In this document: positions 21,445 through 31,285 of the stretch, piece after piece
How the letters are laid out: each line of letters begins with the position of its first letter
Numbering within the stretch: the first letter of the stretch is position 1
Source: Vulcanimicrobiota bacterium
GTDB lineage: Bacteria > Vulcanimicrobiota > Vulcanimicrobiia > Vulcanimicrobiales > Vulcanimicrobiaceae
Assembly: GCA_963833095.1 (NCBI GenBank)
Contig: CAWHWQ010000005.1
Span: 288,001 to 352,000 of the forward strand
Reading direction: 5' to 3'
DNA: 64,000 bases
Position numbers and translations under genes: made by a program
Notes under the pieces: generated by a model
The model's input: the letters and a program-made list of their open reading frames with translations, nothing else
Database searches by the model: none
Told to the model about the DNA's origin: nothing

Positions 21445-23501
21445 TACACCGCCTCCAGCGCCGGCACGTGCGCGGCTGTTGCGTTCATCGTCAGCAGATC
21501 GTACGCCGCTGCGATTTCATCATTTTGATTGAAGACGGTGACGGACCACCGGACCTCACCGTACTCAGGCTTGCGCGGCGTCTTCTCTTTCACCGTGAGC
21601 CGCACATGAATCGCATCACCGGGATAGACCGGCTTGACGAAGCGCAGATTTTCGAGACCGTAGTTCGCCAGCACCGGGCCGAGCTGCGACCGCACGAAGA
21701 GTCCGGCGGCAAACGAGAGCACCAGATACCCGTGTGCGACACGACCTTCGAAGAAGGGGCTGACTTTGGCGGCCGCCTCATCCATGTGCGCGTAGAACGT
21801 ATCGCCGGTGAACTCCGCAAAGCGCTCGATATCCTCGATCGTGATTTCGCGCGACGCGGTGTAGAATGTCTCGCCGACGTGCAGCGCTTCAAAGGGCCGC
21901 TCGAACGGATGACTGGCGGTTTGCGTTTCGGCTGCACCGGGGTTCCACACGCCGCTCACGGTCGCAATGCGTTGCGGCGTCCCTTGCACGGCAGTGCGCT
22001 GCATATAGTGGAAGACACCGCGGATGCCGCCCATCTCTTCGCTTCCGCCGGCGCGGCCGGGACCCCCGTGCACGAGCGGGGCAAGCGGCGTGCCGTGGCC
22101 GGTTTGTTCCTTGGCGTCGTCGCGATCGACCACGAGCACTCGTCCGTGAAACGGCGCGATGCCCAGCACGAGGGCGTCGGCCGTCGCAGCGTCGTACGAA
22201 AAGACCGACGCGACGAGACTGCCTTCGCCGCGGTTGGCAATCTCGATCGCGTCGTCGATGGTGTCGTACGCCATAAGGGTCGTGACCGGACCGAATGCTT
22301 CGATGCTGTGAACGCTTACCGATTCCAAAGGCAAATCGCAACGAAGCACGACCGGCGCCATATACGCTCCAGCTCGCACGTCGCCGTCGGTGACACGTGG
22401 CGTCGCAGACGGATCGCCATAAACGATCCGCGCCTCTTTCGCAAGCTCCGCAACCGCAGCTAAGACGTCATCCCGTTGCCCTTGACTGACTAGCGCACCG
22501 ATCGTCACCCCCTCGCTGCGCGGATTGCCGAGGATCGCCCGATCCAAACGCGCGCTGAGCGCGCTTTGCACGCGATCCATCATCGCGCGCGGCACGATCG
22601 CGCGCCGAATGCAGGTGCAACGCTGGCCCGCTTTGGTCGTAATCTCGCGCGCCACTTCTTTGATGAAGAGCTCAAACTCCGGCGCATCGGCCTCGATGTC
22701 CGGGCCGAGAATTGCCGCGTTGAGCGAATCCTGTTCGGCGATGAAGCGCACGCTGTTCGCGAGGATGGCAGGCGTGCGCTGCAACTTGGCAGCGGTCTGC
22801 GCAGAGCCGGTGAATGACACGACGTCTTGCCCGGTCAAGCGATCCAGCAGATCGCCTACGCTGCCGGCAATGAGCTGCACGCTGCCCTCGGGTAAAATGC
22901 CCGACGCGACGATCTCCTCGAACACCGCATGCGCAACATACGCCGATTGCGTCGCGGGTTTGACGATCGCCGGCACGCCTGCGATGATCGCAGGCGCGAG
23001 TTTCTCGAGCATGCCCCAGGTCGGGAAATTATACGCGTTGATATGCACTGCGGCACCGCGCAGCGGGGTCATGATATGACGCGCGGCAAACGTCCCGCCT
23101 TTCGAGAGCGGTTCGAGCGCGCCATCAACGGCAACGCATGCGTCCGGCAACTCACGCCGCGCCTTTGACGCGAACGCAAAGAGCGTCATGATTCCGCCGT
23201 CGATGTCGACGAAGTTGTCTTTGCGCGTCGCGCCTGTTTCAAAAGCCAATTCGTAGAACCGCTCTTTGCGCGCATCGAGATGGAGGGCGAGGCGTTTGAC
23301 CAGGTCGGCGCGCTGATGAAAGGTTAGGGCGCGCAGCGCCGTTCCGCCCGGACCGCGCGCATGATCCAGGACGCGTTGAAAATCGACGCCTTTACTCGAA
23401 ACCAGCGCCACGCTCCGGCTGTCGACCGCCGAGAGGACCTCGGTGAACCCGTCCGGGGCCTCGTGCCACCCACCCGCGACATAGCTACGCAGTTTCATCA
23501 C
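21444..23501 (-). CDS. paaZ: Bifunctional oxepin-CoA hydrolase / aldehyde dehydrogenase
   Basis: ALDH part [28 protein letters not shown]-terminal MaoC domain [15 protein letters not shown]. Confidence 0.96.
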   Translation of the reverse strand: MMKLRSYVAGGWHEAPDGFTEVLSAVDSRSVALVSSKGVDFQRVLDHARGPGGTALRALTFHQRADLVKRLALHLDARKERFYELAFETGATRKDNFVDIDGGIMTLFAFASKARRELPDACVAVDGALEPLSKGGTFAARHIMTPLRGAAVHINAYNFPTWGMLEKLAPAIIAGVPAIVKPATQSAYVAHAVFEEIVASGILPEGSVQLIAGSVGDLLDRLTGQDVVSFTGSAQTAAKLQRTPAILANSVRFIAEQDSLNAAILGPDIEADAPEFELFIKEVAREITTKAGQRCTCIRRAIVPRAMMDRVQSALSARLDRAILGNPRSEGVTIGALVSQGQRDDVLAAVAELAKEARIVYGDPSATPRVTDGDVRAGAYMAPVVLRCDLPLESVSVHSIEAFGPVTTLMAYDTIDDAIEIANRGEGSLVASVFSYDAATADALVLGIAPFHGRVLVVDRDDAKEQTGHGTPLAPLVHGGPGRAGGSEEMGGIRGVFHYMQRTAVQGTPQRIATVSGVWNPGAAETQTASHPFERPFEALHVGETFYTASREITIEDIERFAEFTGDTFYAHMDEAAAKVSPFFEGRVAHGYLVLSFAAGLFVRSQLGPVLANYGLENLRFVKPVYPGDAIHVRLTVKEKTPRKPEYGEVRWSVTVFNQNDEIAAAYDLLTMNATAAHVPALEAV

Positions 23502-23509
23502 GCCTCCGC

Positions 23510-23563
23510 CCTACCGAACGGTAGGTCAGCCTAAATTCTACCTTGCCCCCGCCTCAAAATCAA
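23510..23563 (-). promoter_or_regulatory. Sigma70-type promoter and putative PaaR operator of the paa operon
   Basis: Minus strand TTGATT(23563-58)-N17-TAGAAT(23540-35); palindrome CCTACCG-AA-CGGTAGG (23510-23525) also reads ACCGA-N4-TAGGT. Confidence 0.7.
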
Positions 23564-23569
23564 CAGGAT

Positions 23570-24187
23570 TCAGCCTTCGGCTGAATCTGTGGCGTTTGGG
23601 CCTACGGCCCAATCCGCTCCGACGCCATGGAACGCTATGCGCTCGATCGCTTCAGCGATAACCGAGGCGGGCATGCGGCCGCCGGGACGATACCACTCCA
23701 CGACGGAGTTGGACATCCCGAATATCAGACGGACGACCAAGGGCGCCTCGACGTCGGCGCGGATCTCGCCCGAAGCCTGCGCCTCCCGGACGAGTTCGGC
23801 GACGCGCGCGTCAAATGTGCGCCGGCGTTCCATTGCCTCGCGCTCGGTCGTCGAGTTGCCGCGCACGCGGAAAAGGACGCTAACCTCGGCGCGCATCGAC
23901 ATCGTGATCTCTGCAACCCGGCGCACGATCGTCGCAAGGCGCTCGCGCGCACTTCCGGTGCGTGCCGCTGGTTCATCGAGCACCCCGAAGAGCGCGGTCA
24001 GCGCGCGTTCGAGCCCGCGCGCGAGCAACGCTTCCTTGCTCGGAACGTGGTGATAGATACTCGCCTTGGTGATTCCCGCGGCGCGCGCGACGTCTTCCAT
24101 CGAAGCGGCGTCGAAGCCGCGTTCGGCAAAGATGTGGAAGGCCACGTCGGTGACCGAGTCGATGTCGTAGGGGCGGCGCGCTTCCAT
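23570..24187 (-). CDS. paaR: TetR/AcrR family regulator (PaaR-like)
   Basis: FAERGFDAASMEDVARAAGITKASIYHH HTH; GMSNSVVEWYRP; adjacent to paaZ. Confidence 0.8.
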   Translation of the reverse strand: MEARRPYDIDSVTDVAFHIFAERGFDAASMEDVARAAGITKASIYHHVPSKEALLARGLERALTALFGVLDEPAARTGSARERLATIVRRVAEITMSMRAEVSVLFRVRGNSTTEREAMERRRTFDARVAELVREAQASGEIRADVEAPLVVRLIFGMSNSVVEWYRPGGRMPASVIAEAIERIAFHGVGADWAVGPNATDSAEG

Positions 24188-24245
24188 CCCGCCCGTATGC
24201 GAACCGGAAGGGCCCCTCACCTCCGCCGTCGGAACGATTGGCGCT

Positions 24246-25229
24246 ATGCTCTCCAACGATCAGCTCGTCAAGATGCTCGAAAACATGCTCCTGCAGCGCG
24301 CGGTCGACACCCGCGGCTTCCAGCTGAACCGGCAAGGCAAAATCGGTATCGCGATGGGATCCGAAGGGCATGAGGCCGCGCAGGCGGGGGCCGGGATGGC
24401 CTTCGAACGCGGTAAGGATCTCCTGTATCCGTATTACCGCAACACCGGCATTACACTCGCATGCGGCTTTGCATTGGAAGACGTATTTCGCTCGCAATTC
24501 GCGCGCGCGACCGATACGACGGGCGGCAAGTCGATTATCAATCACGTGACCGACAAAGCCAAAGGCATTGCGACGATCTCCTCCATCCTCGCGGCACAGT
24601 GTCCCCATGCTGTCGGCGCGGCCTACGCGATCAAATATCGGGGCGAGCGCGATCGCATGGTGCTCTGTCAGTTCGGAGAAGGCTCGACCAGCGAAGGCGA
24701 GTGGCACGAGTCGATCAACTTCGCGGCGATCGCCAAAGTGCCGGTCGTTTTCCTATGCGAAAACAACCAATGGGCGATCTCGACCCCGATTTCTAAACAA
24801 ATGGGAAATCCCAGCGTCGCCTCGCGCGCCGAAGGCTATGGCATCGAGGGCGTGGTGGTCGATGGTTTCGATCCGGTCGCCGTGTACGACGCGGTTCATC
24901 GCGCGCGCGAGAAAGCGGTGAGCGGCGGCGGCCCGACCCTGGTCGAAGCCATGTGCTATCGCTTTCTTTCGCACACCACCGATGATGACGAACGTACCTA
25001 TCGCACGCGCGAAGAAGTTGCGGGGCAACGCGTCAACGATCCGGTCCCGCGCTTTGAGCAGCGGCTCATTAACGAAGGAATCTTAACGCCGGAGCGCATC
25101 GAGGAGATGCGCAAGGCCATCGCCGCGCGCGTCAACGCTACCACCGACGCCGTCGAAAACGAGCCGTCACCCGAGCCGTCGACCCTGTATGATCAGGTCT
25201 ACGCCGGCTCGCACGAAATGTGGGTGTAG
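24246..25229 (+). CDS. TPP-dependent 2-oxoacid dehydrogenase E1 alpha subunit (branched-chain type)
   Basis: RQGKIG..GHEAAQ, FGEGSTSEGEWHE...NN TPP motif, YRFLSHTTDDD. Confidence 0.9.
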   Translation: MLSNDQLVKMLENMLLQRAVDTRGFQLNRQGKIGIAMGSEGHEAAQAGAGMAFERGKDLLYPYYRNTGITLACGFALEDVFRSQFARATDTTGGKSIINHVTDKAKGIATISSILAAQCPHAVGAAYAIKYRGERDRMVLCQFGEGSTSEGEWHESINFAAIAKVPVVFLCENNQWAISTPISKQMGNPSVASRAEGYGIEGVVVDGFDPVAVYDAVHRAREKAVSGGGPTLVEAMCYRFLSHTTDDDERTYRTREEVAGQRVNDPVPRFEQRLINEGILTPERIEEMRKAIAARVNATTDAVENEPSPEPSTLYDQVYAGSHEMWV

Positions 25230-25233
25230 CCAC

Positions 25234-25454
25234 CCTTGTTATCCCGAGCGTCGCCGCGAAGCAGCGAAGTCGAGGGATCGACGCAATGTGCGGCCTTCGA
25301 CGTTCGGTCGAACGGGTTAGCCGAGCGGTGAGCACCCTGACAATGTAGCCTTGTGCGAAACGCGAGGCGCTTAGTGAGGCCGAATGTCGAAGGCGGCGAC
25401 GTGAGTCGATCCCTCGACTTCGGCGCAATGCGCCGACGCTCGGGATGACAAAGG
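25234..25454. repeat. Nested inverted-repeat (REP/BIME-like) element, possibly a structured RNA
   Basis: Arms 25236-25253/25434-25451, 25265-25282/25405-25422 (perfect 18 bp) and 25293-25309/25378-25394; lies between convergent genes. Confidence 0.75.
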
Positions 25455-25465
25455 CGATCGCGGTT

Positions 25466-26806
25466 TTAGAGATGTGGCAACTCGTCGCGCGGCGCTAAGC
25501 CCGCGTCGGTCGCCGCGCTCGATTGGGCTTCGCGCGAATAGACGCGCAATTCGGCGATGTCGCGCGGGAAAAGCATCTCAAGCGTCCAGTCGAAGGCCAC
25601 GCGCAGCTTGCGATCAAGCCCGGGCAAACGCGAGAGATAGTACGAGCGCCATAGGAACCACGCGAGGAATCCGGTGAGCACGTGTCCGCCAGGCAGTTGC
25701 GCCACCGCGCGCCTTGCACCCAGCGATGCCATCATGCCTAGGGCCGTGTAGTGAAACGGTTTTGTTGCTTTACCGCGCAACGTCGCCACGATATTGTCGG
25801 CCAAAGCCGGTCCCTCGCGAATCGCGTGCTGCGCGGTCAGCGGAAAGAAGCCGCCGGCGTCGTCAGGGATCGCTGCGCAATCGCCGAGCGCCCAGATATC
25901 ACGTAGGCCCTCGACGGCAAAGTCGCGTCCCACGACGATCGCACCCCGCTTGCTGCGCGGCAACGGAGAGCCGCCGATCGTCGGAGCCGGTGCAACGCCG
26001 GCACTCCACACGATCGTCGCCGTCTCGATACGCGCGCCGCTCTGCAACACGATACCGTCGTCGTCCGCGCTGGCGACGCCGTCGCCCGTGCGAATCTCGA
26101 CGCCGCGCTTGCGCAAGAAATCCGCCGAGTAGCTACCCATGCGTGGCGGAAGGCCAGGCAAGAGTACCGGACCGCCTTCGATCAACACGATGCGCACCAT
26201 CGCGCGGTCGATGCTCGGATAGAAGCGCAGAACGCTGTGGAACAGTTCCACGAACTCGCCCGTTGCCTCGACGCCGGTGAAGCCGCCGCCCACGACAACG
26301 ACGGTGAGATAGCGCCGGCGCAGTGTGTCATCGGCGGTCGTGTCGGCCAATTCGAGCAACCACACCAAGCGATTGCGCAGGATACCCGCGTCTTCGAGCG
26401 TCTTGAGCGCGAAGACGCGCTCGGCGACACCAGGCAACCCGAAGGTTGACGTCGATGAACCGAGCGCTATCACCAATTGATCGTAGGCGATACGTTCGCG
26501 GTCACCAGTGAGCGTATGCGTGATTTCAACCTCGCCCGTAGCGATGTTGAGCGCGCGAACGTCGGCCAGCACAAACTGCGTGCGACCCAGTTGCGAGCGA
26601 ATCGGCGTTACGACGTGACGAATGTCAAGCGCGCCCGAACTGACTTCGGGCAGCATCGGGGTGAATAGCGAAAAATTCTCACGGCTGATCAACGTGATCT
26701 CGCCCTCGCCGGGACGCAGCCTTCGTTCGAGACGCTGAGCAACCGCGATGCCGCCGAACCCGCCGCCGAGAATGACGATTCGCGCAGGACGTGACGAACG
26801 GTTCAT
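25466..26806 (-). CDS. ndh: Type II NADH dehydrogenase-like FAD oxidoreductase
   Basis: ILGGGFGG, FTPMLPEV, VVGGGFTGVE, WALGDCA, AQHAIREG. Confidence 0.85.
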   Translation of the reverse strand: MNRSSRPARIVILGGGFGGIAVAQRLERRLRPGEGEITLISRENFSLFTPMLPEVSSGALDIRHVVTPIRSQLGRTQFVLADVRALNIATGEVEITHTLTGDRERIAYDQLVIALGSSTSTFGLPGVAERVFALKTLEDAGILRNRLVWLLELADTTADDTLRRRYLTVVVVGGGFTGVEATGEFVELFHSVLRFYPSIDRAMVRIVLIEGGPVLLPGLPPRMGSYSADFLRKRGVEIRTGDGVASADDDGIVLQSGARIETATIVWSAGVAPAPTIGGSPLPRSKRGAIVVGRDFAVEGLRDIWALGDCAAIPDDAGGFFPLTAQHAIREGPALADNIVATLRGKATKPFHYTALGMMASLGARRAVAQLPGGHVLTGFLAWFLWRSYYLSRLPGLDRKLRVAFDWTLEMLFPRDIAELRVYSREAQSSAATDAGLAPRDELPHL

Positions 26807-26823
26807 CTGAATGCTCTTCTGCC

Positions 26824-27687
26824 ATGCACGACGAGCAACCCGTCGAGGGAGAGTACCAAGCCCCTGCCGTTCCGCCTGCGCCGGGCGCGCCGCAAAAGAA
26901 GGCTGGTCGCCGCGCGGGCGGGCTCGGCACGATCGCCGCGGGACTCGGCGTCCTCGCGCTAAAATTCAAAGCGCTGCTCGCCATCCTTTTGAACTTCAAA
27001 TTCGTGCTGATCGGCGCGAAGCTGTTTGCCGTGAGCTGGACGTTCATTCTCTCGCTGGCCTTCTATGTCGTGGCGTTCGGATGGCGGATCGGCGTCGTCT
27101 TGGTGCTATTGATCGCCGCGCATGAACTCGGTCACTACTTTGCCTACCGCGCCTACGGCTTGCCGGTGCGCGCGCCGGTCTTCGTTCCATTTCTCGGTGC
27201 CTATACGGCCGGCGCAATCGCACCCGATCTCGAAGCCGACGCGTACATCGCGCTTGCGGGGCCGCTCACCGGTTTCGTTCTCGCCGGCGCGTGCTTTGCG
27301 CTGGGATCGGCAACCAACGATCGCTTTTGGCTTGCCTGCGCCGACATCGGCGCCTTCTTGAACCTCTTCAACATGCTCCCGGTGTTGCCGTTCGACGGCG
27401 GACGCGTCATAGGCGCGATCTGGCCGCCGCTGTGGATCGGCGGCGTCGTGCTCTTTGTTGCGGCCGCCTTTTGGCTCGGCGTACCAATCATCTTTGTATT
27501 GCTCATCGGGCTGCTCGGATTGCCGGCGATGATTTCGGCACTCCGCGGGCATGCAGATCCGCGCGCCGCCGCGATGACGAACGCCGCCCGCGCGCGCGTC
27601 GGCGTTTGGTATCTTGCGACGATCATTGGTCTGATGTACATCGTCGGCCAATCGCACGGCGGCCTGACCCACCCGGGAGCGCTATGA
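26824..27687 (+). CDS. Site-2 protease (M50 family)
   Basis: AHELGH, ALAGP, NLFNMLPVLPFDGGR motifs. Confidence 0.9.
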   Translation: MHDEQPVEGEYQAPAVPPAPGAPQKKAGRRAGGLGTIAAGLGVLALKFKALLAILLNFKFVLIGAKLFAVSWTFILSLAFYVVAFGWRIGVVLVLLIAAHELGHYFAYRAYGLPVRAPVFVPFLGAYTAGAIAPDLEADAYIALAGPLTGFVLAGACFALGSATNDRFWLACADIGAFLNLFNMLPVLPFDGGRVIGAIWPPLWIGGVVLFVAAAFWLGVPIIFVLLIGLLGLPAMISALRGHADPRAAAMTNAARARVGVWYLATIIGLMYIVGQSHGGLTHPGAL

Positions 27688-28241
27688 GCGAGCAACCGCC
27701 GGATTTTGCGATGCAGCGCGCAGTCGAGATTCTCGCGAGTATTTACGAGCGTCAGCATAAGCTGGACAACGCGCCGCCGCCTCCCTCCGACAAGCCGATT
27801 CTGATGTTCAGCGAAGGACTCGCGCTCGACGTGAATACCACGACACGCCCCGACGTCGAGCGTCAACTCGGCATCGCCTTTAGCTATCCCACGCGTGGAT
27901 GGCACACGTACGGTGTACGCGGCCGCGACGGCGCGCGTTTGCTCTTGAGCATCTTTTATTCGAAGCAGCGCCTTGCGTCGGCTGAACTCTATCTGCCCAA
28001 GGTCGATCGTGCGCCAAAACTCGAACCGCAGGACGCGCATTTCCGTCTGGTCCCCGGCGAGATCGAAGTCGGCATGCAATTCACGTCGCTACCCGAACAC
28101 TTCGGTCCCATGAATGGGATGCCGACGCGCATCGGTCCCTACGAAGCTATGTTCGAAGCGCGTTTTCCGGGCGGCGCAGCCTACGCGATGGGCAACGATG
28201 GCACCATCGAACGGCTGGCACTTTACACCCTGCAGGCATGA
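27684..28241 (+). CDS. Hypothetical protein
   Basis: ATGA overlaps with both neighbours; no family recognised. Confidence 0.7.
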   Translation: MSEQPPDFAMQRAVEILASIYERQHKLDNAPPPPSDKPILMFSEGLALDVNTTTRPDVERQLGIAFSYPTRGWHTYGVRGRDGARLLLSIFYSKQRLASAELYLPKVDRAPKLEPQDAHFRLVPGEIEVGMQFTSLPEHFGPMNGMPTRIGPYEAMFEARFPGGAAYAMGNDGTIERLALYTLQA

Positions 28242-29641
28242 CGCCGCGCATCATCTGCGCAGCGCTGGCCGCGATCCTTATTGCCGTTGCGTTGCTCGCA
28301 CTTCGCCCTCCGGAGCGTGCGGGCGGATCGCTACGCGACTTCCAAGTCTATCGAGCCGCCGGCGCCGTTGCCGCGGACCGCGGGGATCCGTATTCTGCGG
28401 CGGTCGCGCGCTATGAACCGGCGTTGCCGCACGGAGCGATGATGCAGTTCGTAAGCACCCCGGCAACGCTCCCGTTTTGGCGATTCTTTGCGCGCCTTTC
28501 CGATCCGGCGGCGACCGCTTTGTGGAAACTGCTCCTGGCTTGCGCCCTCCTTGCGCTCTCACTCGGCACTGCGATGCTCGCTCGTGTACGATCGCCCTTC
28601 GAGCTCCTTTGCATCGCGCTTGGAACACTCGCCTTTGCGCCAAACACTACGGCGCTCGCGCTCGGACAGACGGCGATCGTCGGGGCAGCTGCCGCCGCCT
28701 TGGCTCTGGCGCTGCGCACGTCTGCGGCGCTCGCGACCGGATCCTTCATCGCGCTCGCGTTCCAACCCAATACGGCACTCGGCTTGCTGGCCGCACTGCG
28801 CCGCGGAGGTGTGTGGATCGGGCTTGCGATCGTTGCACTCTATGCGTGCGGTGGGATTGAAAGCGGCCCGCTCTGGCCGATCGCCTACGCGCATCTTCTC
28901 GTCGATCAATCGGCGGCAGAGGGCCGCTCCGTCATGCAGCTTACGCCCGGAGCGATCGCCTACGGATTCGGCGCCACGCCGGCGTCCGCCGGCACGGTCG
29001 CGATTCTAGCGGCGCTTGCGGCGCTCGTCGCGGCAGCTATCGCCGCGTGGCGAAGTCGCAACGAACGTCTTGCCTTCGCCGCAATTTCGTGCGCGCTCCC
29101 CTTTGTCTGCAGCTACTTCCACGCGCAAAATTTCACTGCGCTCTTCGCGCCCGCGATGATCGCGCTTCGTAGTGCGCCGGCGCGGGTCCAAGGCCTCGCG
29201 TTGTGCGCGACGATCGCGATCGGCGGGAACTGGCTTGACTTCGCTGCGTCGCCGCACGCGCTCGCGCAAGATCTCGTGCTGGGTTGCGGATTGATCGCGG
29301 CTTGTCTCGCGCTCTTTTCGGGCATCAGCGCGAAGCTCGTGCTTTATGCCCTCGGGAATGTCGCATTTCTCGCCATCGGCGCGTGGCTCGGCGCAATGCA
29401 TCCGATTCCGTTGTGGCCCGACGGCTTTCCGGGCATCGTCTTTCCCGCACACGCGGGGGCCACGCACCTATGGCACGACGAGCTTGCGGCCACGGGCCTG
29501 CTGATGCCCAATCCTGCGAGCGCGTTACTACGCATGCTCCCGCTCGCCGGCTCCGCGACACTTCTGATTCTACTATGCAAAATGGAAAGCTCTGATTTAG
29601 TTCGGATCGAGGAAGCGAAGCTGACGACAAGCCCGGACTAA
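28238..29641 (+). CDS. GT-C fold membrane glycosyltransferase (GT87/DUF2029-like)
   Basis: LRDFQVYRAAG...DPY after TM1, LALGQ, more than 10 TM helices. Confidence 0.6.
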   Translation: MTPRIICAALAAILIAVALLALRPPERAGGSLRDFQVYRAAGAVAADRGDPYSAAVARYEPALPHGAMMQFVSTPATLPFWRFFARLSDPAATALWKLLLACALLALSLGTAMLARVRSPFELLCIALGTLAFAPNTTALALGQTAIVGAAAAALALALRTSAALATGSFIALAFQPNTALGLLAALRRGGVWIGLAIVALYACGGIESGPLWPIAYAHLLVDQSAAEGRSVMQLTPGAIAYGFGATPASAGTVAILAALAALVAAAIAAWRSRNERLAFAAISCALPFVCSYFHAQNFTALFAPAMIALRSAPARVQGLALCATIAIGGNWLDFAASPHALAQDLVLGCGLIAACLALFSGISAKLVLYALGNVAFLAIGAWLGAMHPIPLWPDGFPGIVFPAHAGATHLWHDELAATGLLMPNPASALLRMLPLAGSATLLILLCKMESSDLVRIEEAKLTTSPD

Positions 29642-29653
29642 ATCAGAGTTTTC

Positions 29654-31285
29654 CTAGATGTCGACGTTCATCATGTCGTCGAACGGCGTAACGCTGTTGG
29701 GGTGGAAGCCCTTTAAATCTTTGTTGTACACGTAGAGATCAGAAACGCTGTACAACACGATCTCGGGAAGATCTTTGGCCAACTGTTCCAAAACCACGCG
29801 ATCGTCGGTATTGCGCTGCGCCTGGTCATAGTGCCCGAAGATCGCCTGAATCGCGGCGTTGGCCGCGGGATTACACCAATGCACGTCGTTTTGGCCCTTT
29901 GGCGGAACCTGATTGCAGGCGAAGAGGGGTGAATAGTCTCCGATCGGATCGCCGATCCAATTGAACAAGATGACATCCCATTTCCCGTTGTAAAGGATGC
30001 CGCCGTCACCATAGGGTGCGAAGAGCATCGGCGCGGGATACTGGTGCACGTTGATACCGACGCCGATCTGTTGCCAGGTCGACCGGAAGAACTCGATCTC
30101 GTGATCAACGTTGACCGCCCCTGTCTGCTCGACCATCGTGAGGTTCAGCTTGACGCCGTTCTTCGCGCGAATGCCGTCCGCGCCACGTTTCCATCCGGCG
30201 GCGTCGAGCATGGCGTTGGCCTTAGCAATGTTGAAGGGAACGAGCGGAATATTCGAATCGTAATAAGGAGCGGCTTTCGAGGCCGGCGTTTCCTGCACTG
30301 TTTGAATGCCGTGCTGGAATTTTTGATTGAGTGCGACGCGATCGGTTGCGAGCTCGATCGCGCGGCGGACGACCGGATCCGAGACCCCCGGATGGGTGAG
30401 ATTGAAATCGAGATGACCCCAGGTGTAACTAGGCTGGTGCATCGCTGTGTAACCGTCGAGATTGCTCACGCGATCGAAGTACGCGCCGGGAACATTGGTC
30501 CACATGTCGAGCTCGTGTCCCTGGATCTGGGCCAGGACCGTGTCGCGACTGGGTACGATCTCGAAGTCGACTTCCGTGAGCTTGGGCTGCCCACGGAAAT
30601 AGTATGGGTTCGGAACCATCACAACTTTCTGCGCGCGAACCCACTCCTTATACTTGAACGGACCGGCGCCGACCGGCAGGGCGTTAAAAGCCACGCTGTT
30701 GATGTTGGGATACTGCGCAAGCAGATGTTTGGGCAGTATCGACGGGTTGCCGCCCGCGCTCGAGAAGAACGTGACGATGAACGGCGAGTAGGGCTTCCTC
30801 AGGTGGAAGGCAACGGTGTATTTGTCGGGCTCATCGACTTTGGTGATGAGATCCCAACCCGAACGGCTGGTGATATTGTTCGCCGGATTCATCACCTCAT
30901 GGTAGGTGAAGACCACGTCGTCGGCGTTGAGGGGGGCTCCGTCTGACCATTTCAGCCCTTTTCGAAGATGATAGGTGATCGTCAAGCCGTCTTGGCTGAT
31001 GCCGCCATTCGCCTTGCTCGGCACCTGCGTCGCAAGCTCGGGATACGGAAGATTGTGCGCGTCCCACTTGATCAAGTATGCCGCCGTCATCGACGACAGG
31101 TAACCCAGGGTGGCCTGCTGATTGAGCAGCGTATTGAGCGTGCTGATGTCTTCTGCGTTGGCGTACCGCAACGTATGCGGAATCGTCCAAGAGTTGGCCC
31201 GTCCACCTTCGCCGGTCTGCGCGGCTTTCGAACACGCACTCATTGCGAGTGCTCCCGCAAGCAACGTTACAGCTAAACGCTTCAT
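29654..31285 (-). CDS. Peptide/nickel ABC transporter substrate-binding lipoprotein (family 5)
   Basis: Lipobox LAMSAC; GLTITYHLRKGLKWSDG..LNADDVVFT; PVGAGPFK. Confidence 0.92.
   Translation of the reverse strand: MKRLAVTLLAGALAMSACSKAAQTGEGGRANSWTIPHTLRYANAEDISTLNTLLNQQATLGYLSSMTAAYLIKWDAHNLPYPELATQVPSKANGGISQDGLTITYHLRKGLKWSDGAPLNADDVVFTYHEVMNPANNITSRSGWDLITKVDEPDKYTVAFHLRKPYSPFIVTFFSSAGGNPSILPKHLLAQYPNINSVAFNALPVGAGPFKYKEWVRAQKVVMVPNPYYFRGQPKLTEVDFEIVPSRDTVLAQIQGHELDMWTNVPGAYFDRVSNLDGYTAMHQPSYTWGHLDFNLTHPGVSDPVVRRAIELATDRVALNQKFQHGIQTVQETPASKAAPYYDSNIPLVPFNIAKANAMLDAAGWKRGADGIRAKNGVKLNLTMVEQTGAVNVDHEIEFFRSTWQQIGVGINVHQYPAPMLFAPYGDGGILYNGKWDVILFNWIGDPIGDYSPLFACNQVPPKGQNDVHWCNPAANAAIQAIFGHYDQAQRNTDDRVVLEQLAKDLPEIVLYSVSDLYVYNKDLKGFHPNSVTPFDDMMNVDI

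Noticed and set aside
25310..25377. Self-cleaving ribozyme or tRNA in the palindrome core (CTGACAA...CGAAAC; GCCGAGCGG)
   Set aside because: The hammerhead core CUGANGA is not matched, and there is no TpsiC arm or acceptor stem.
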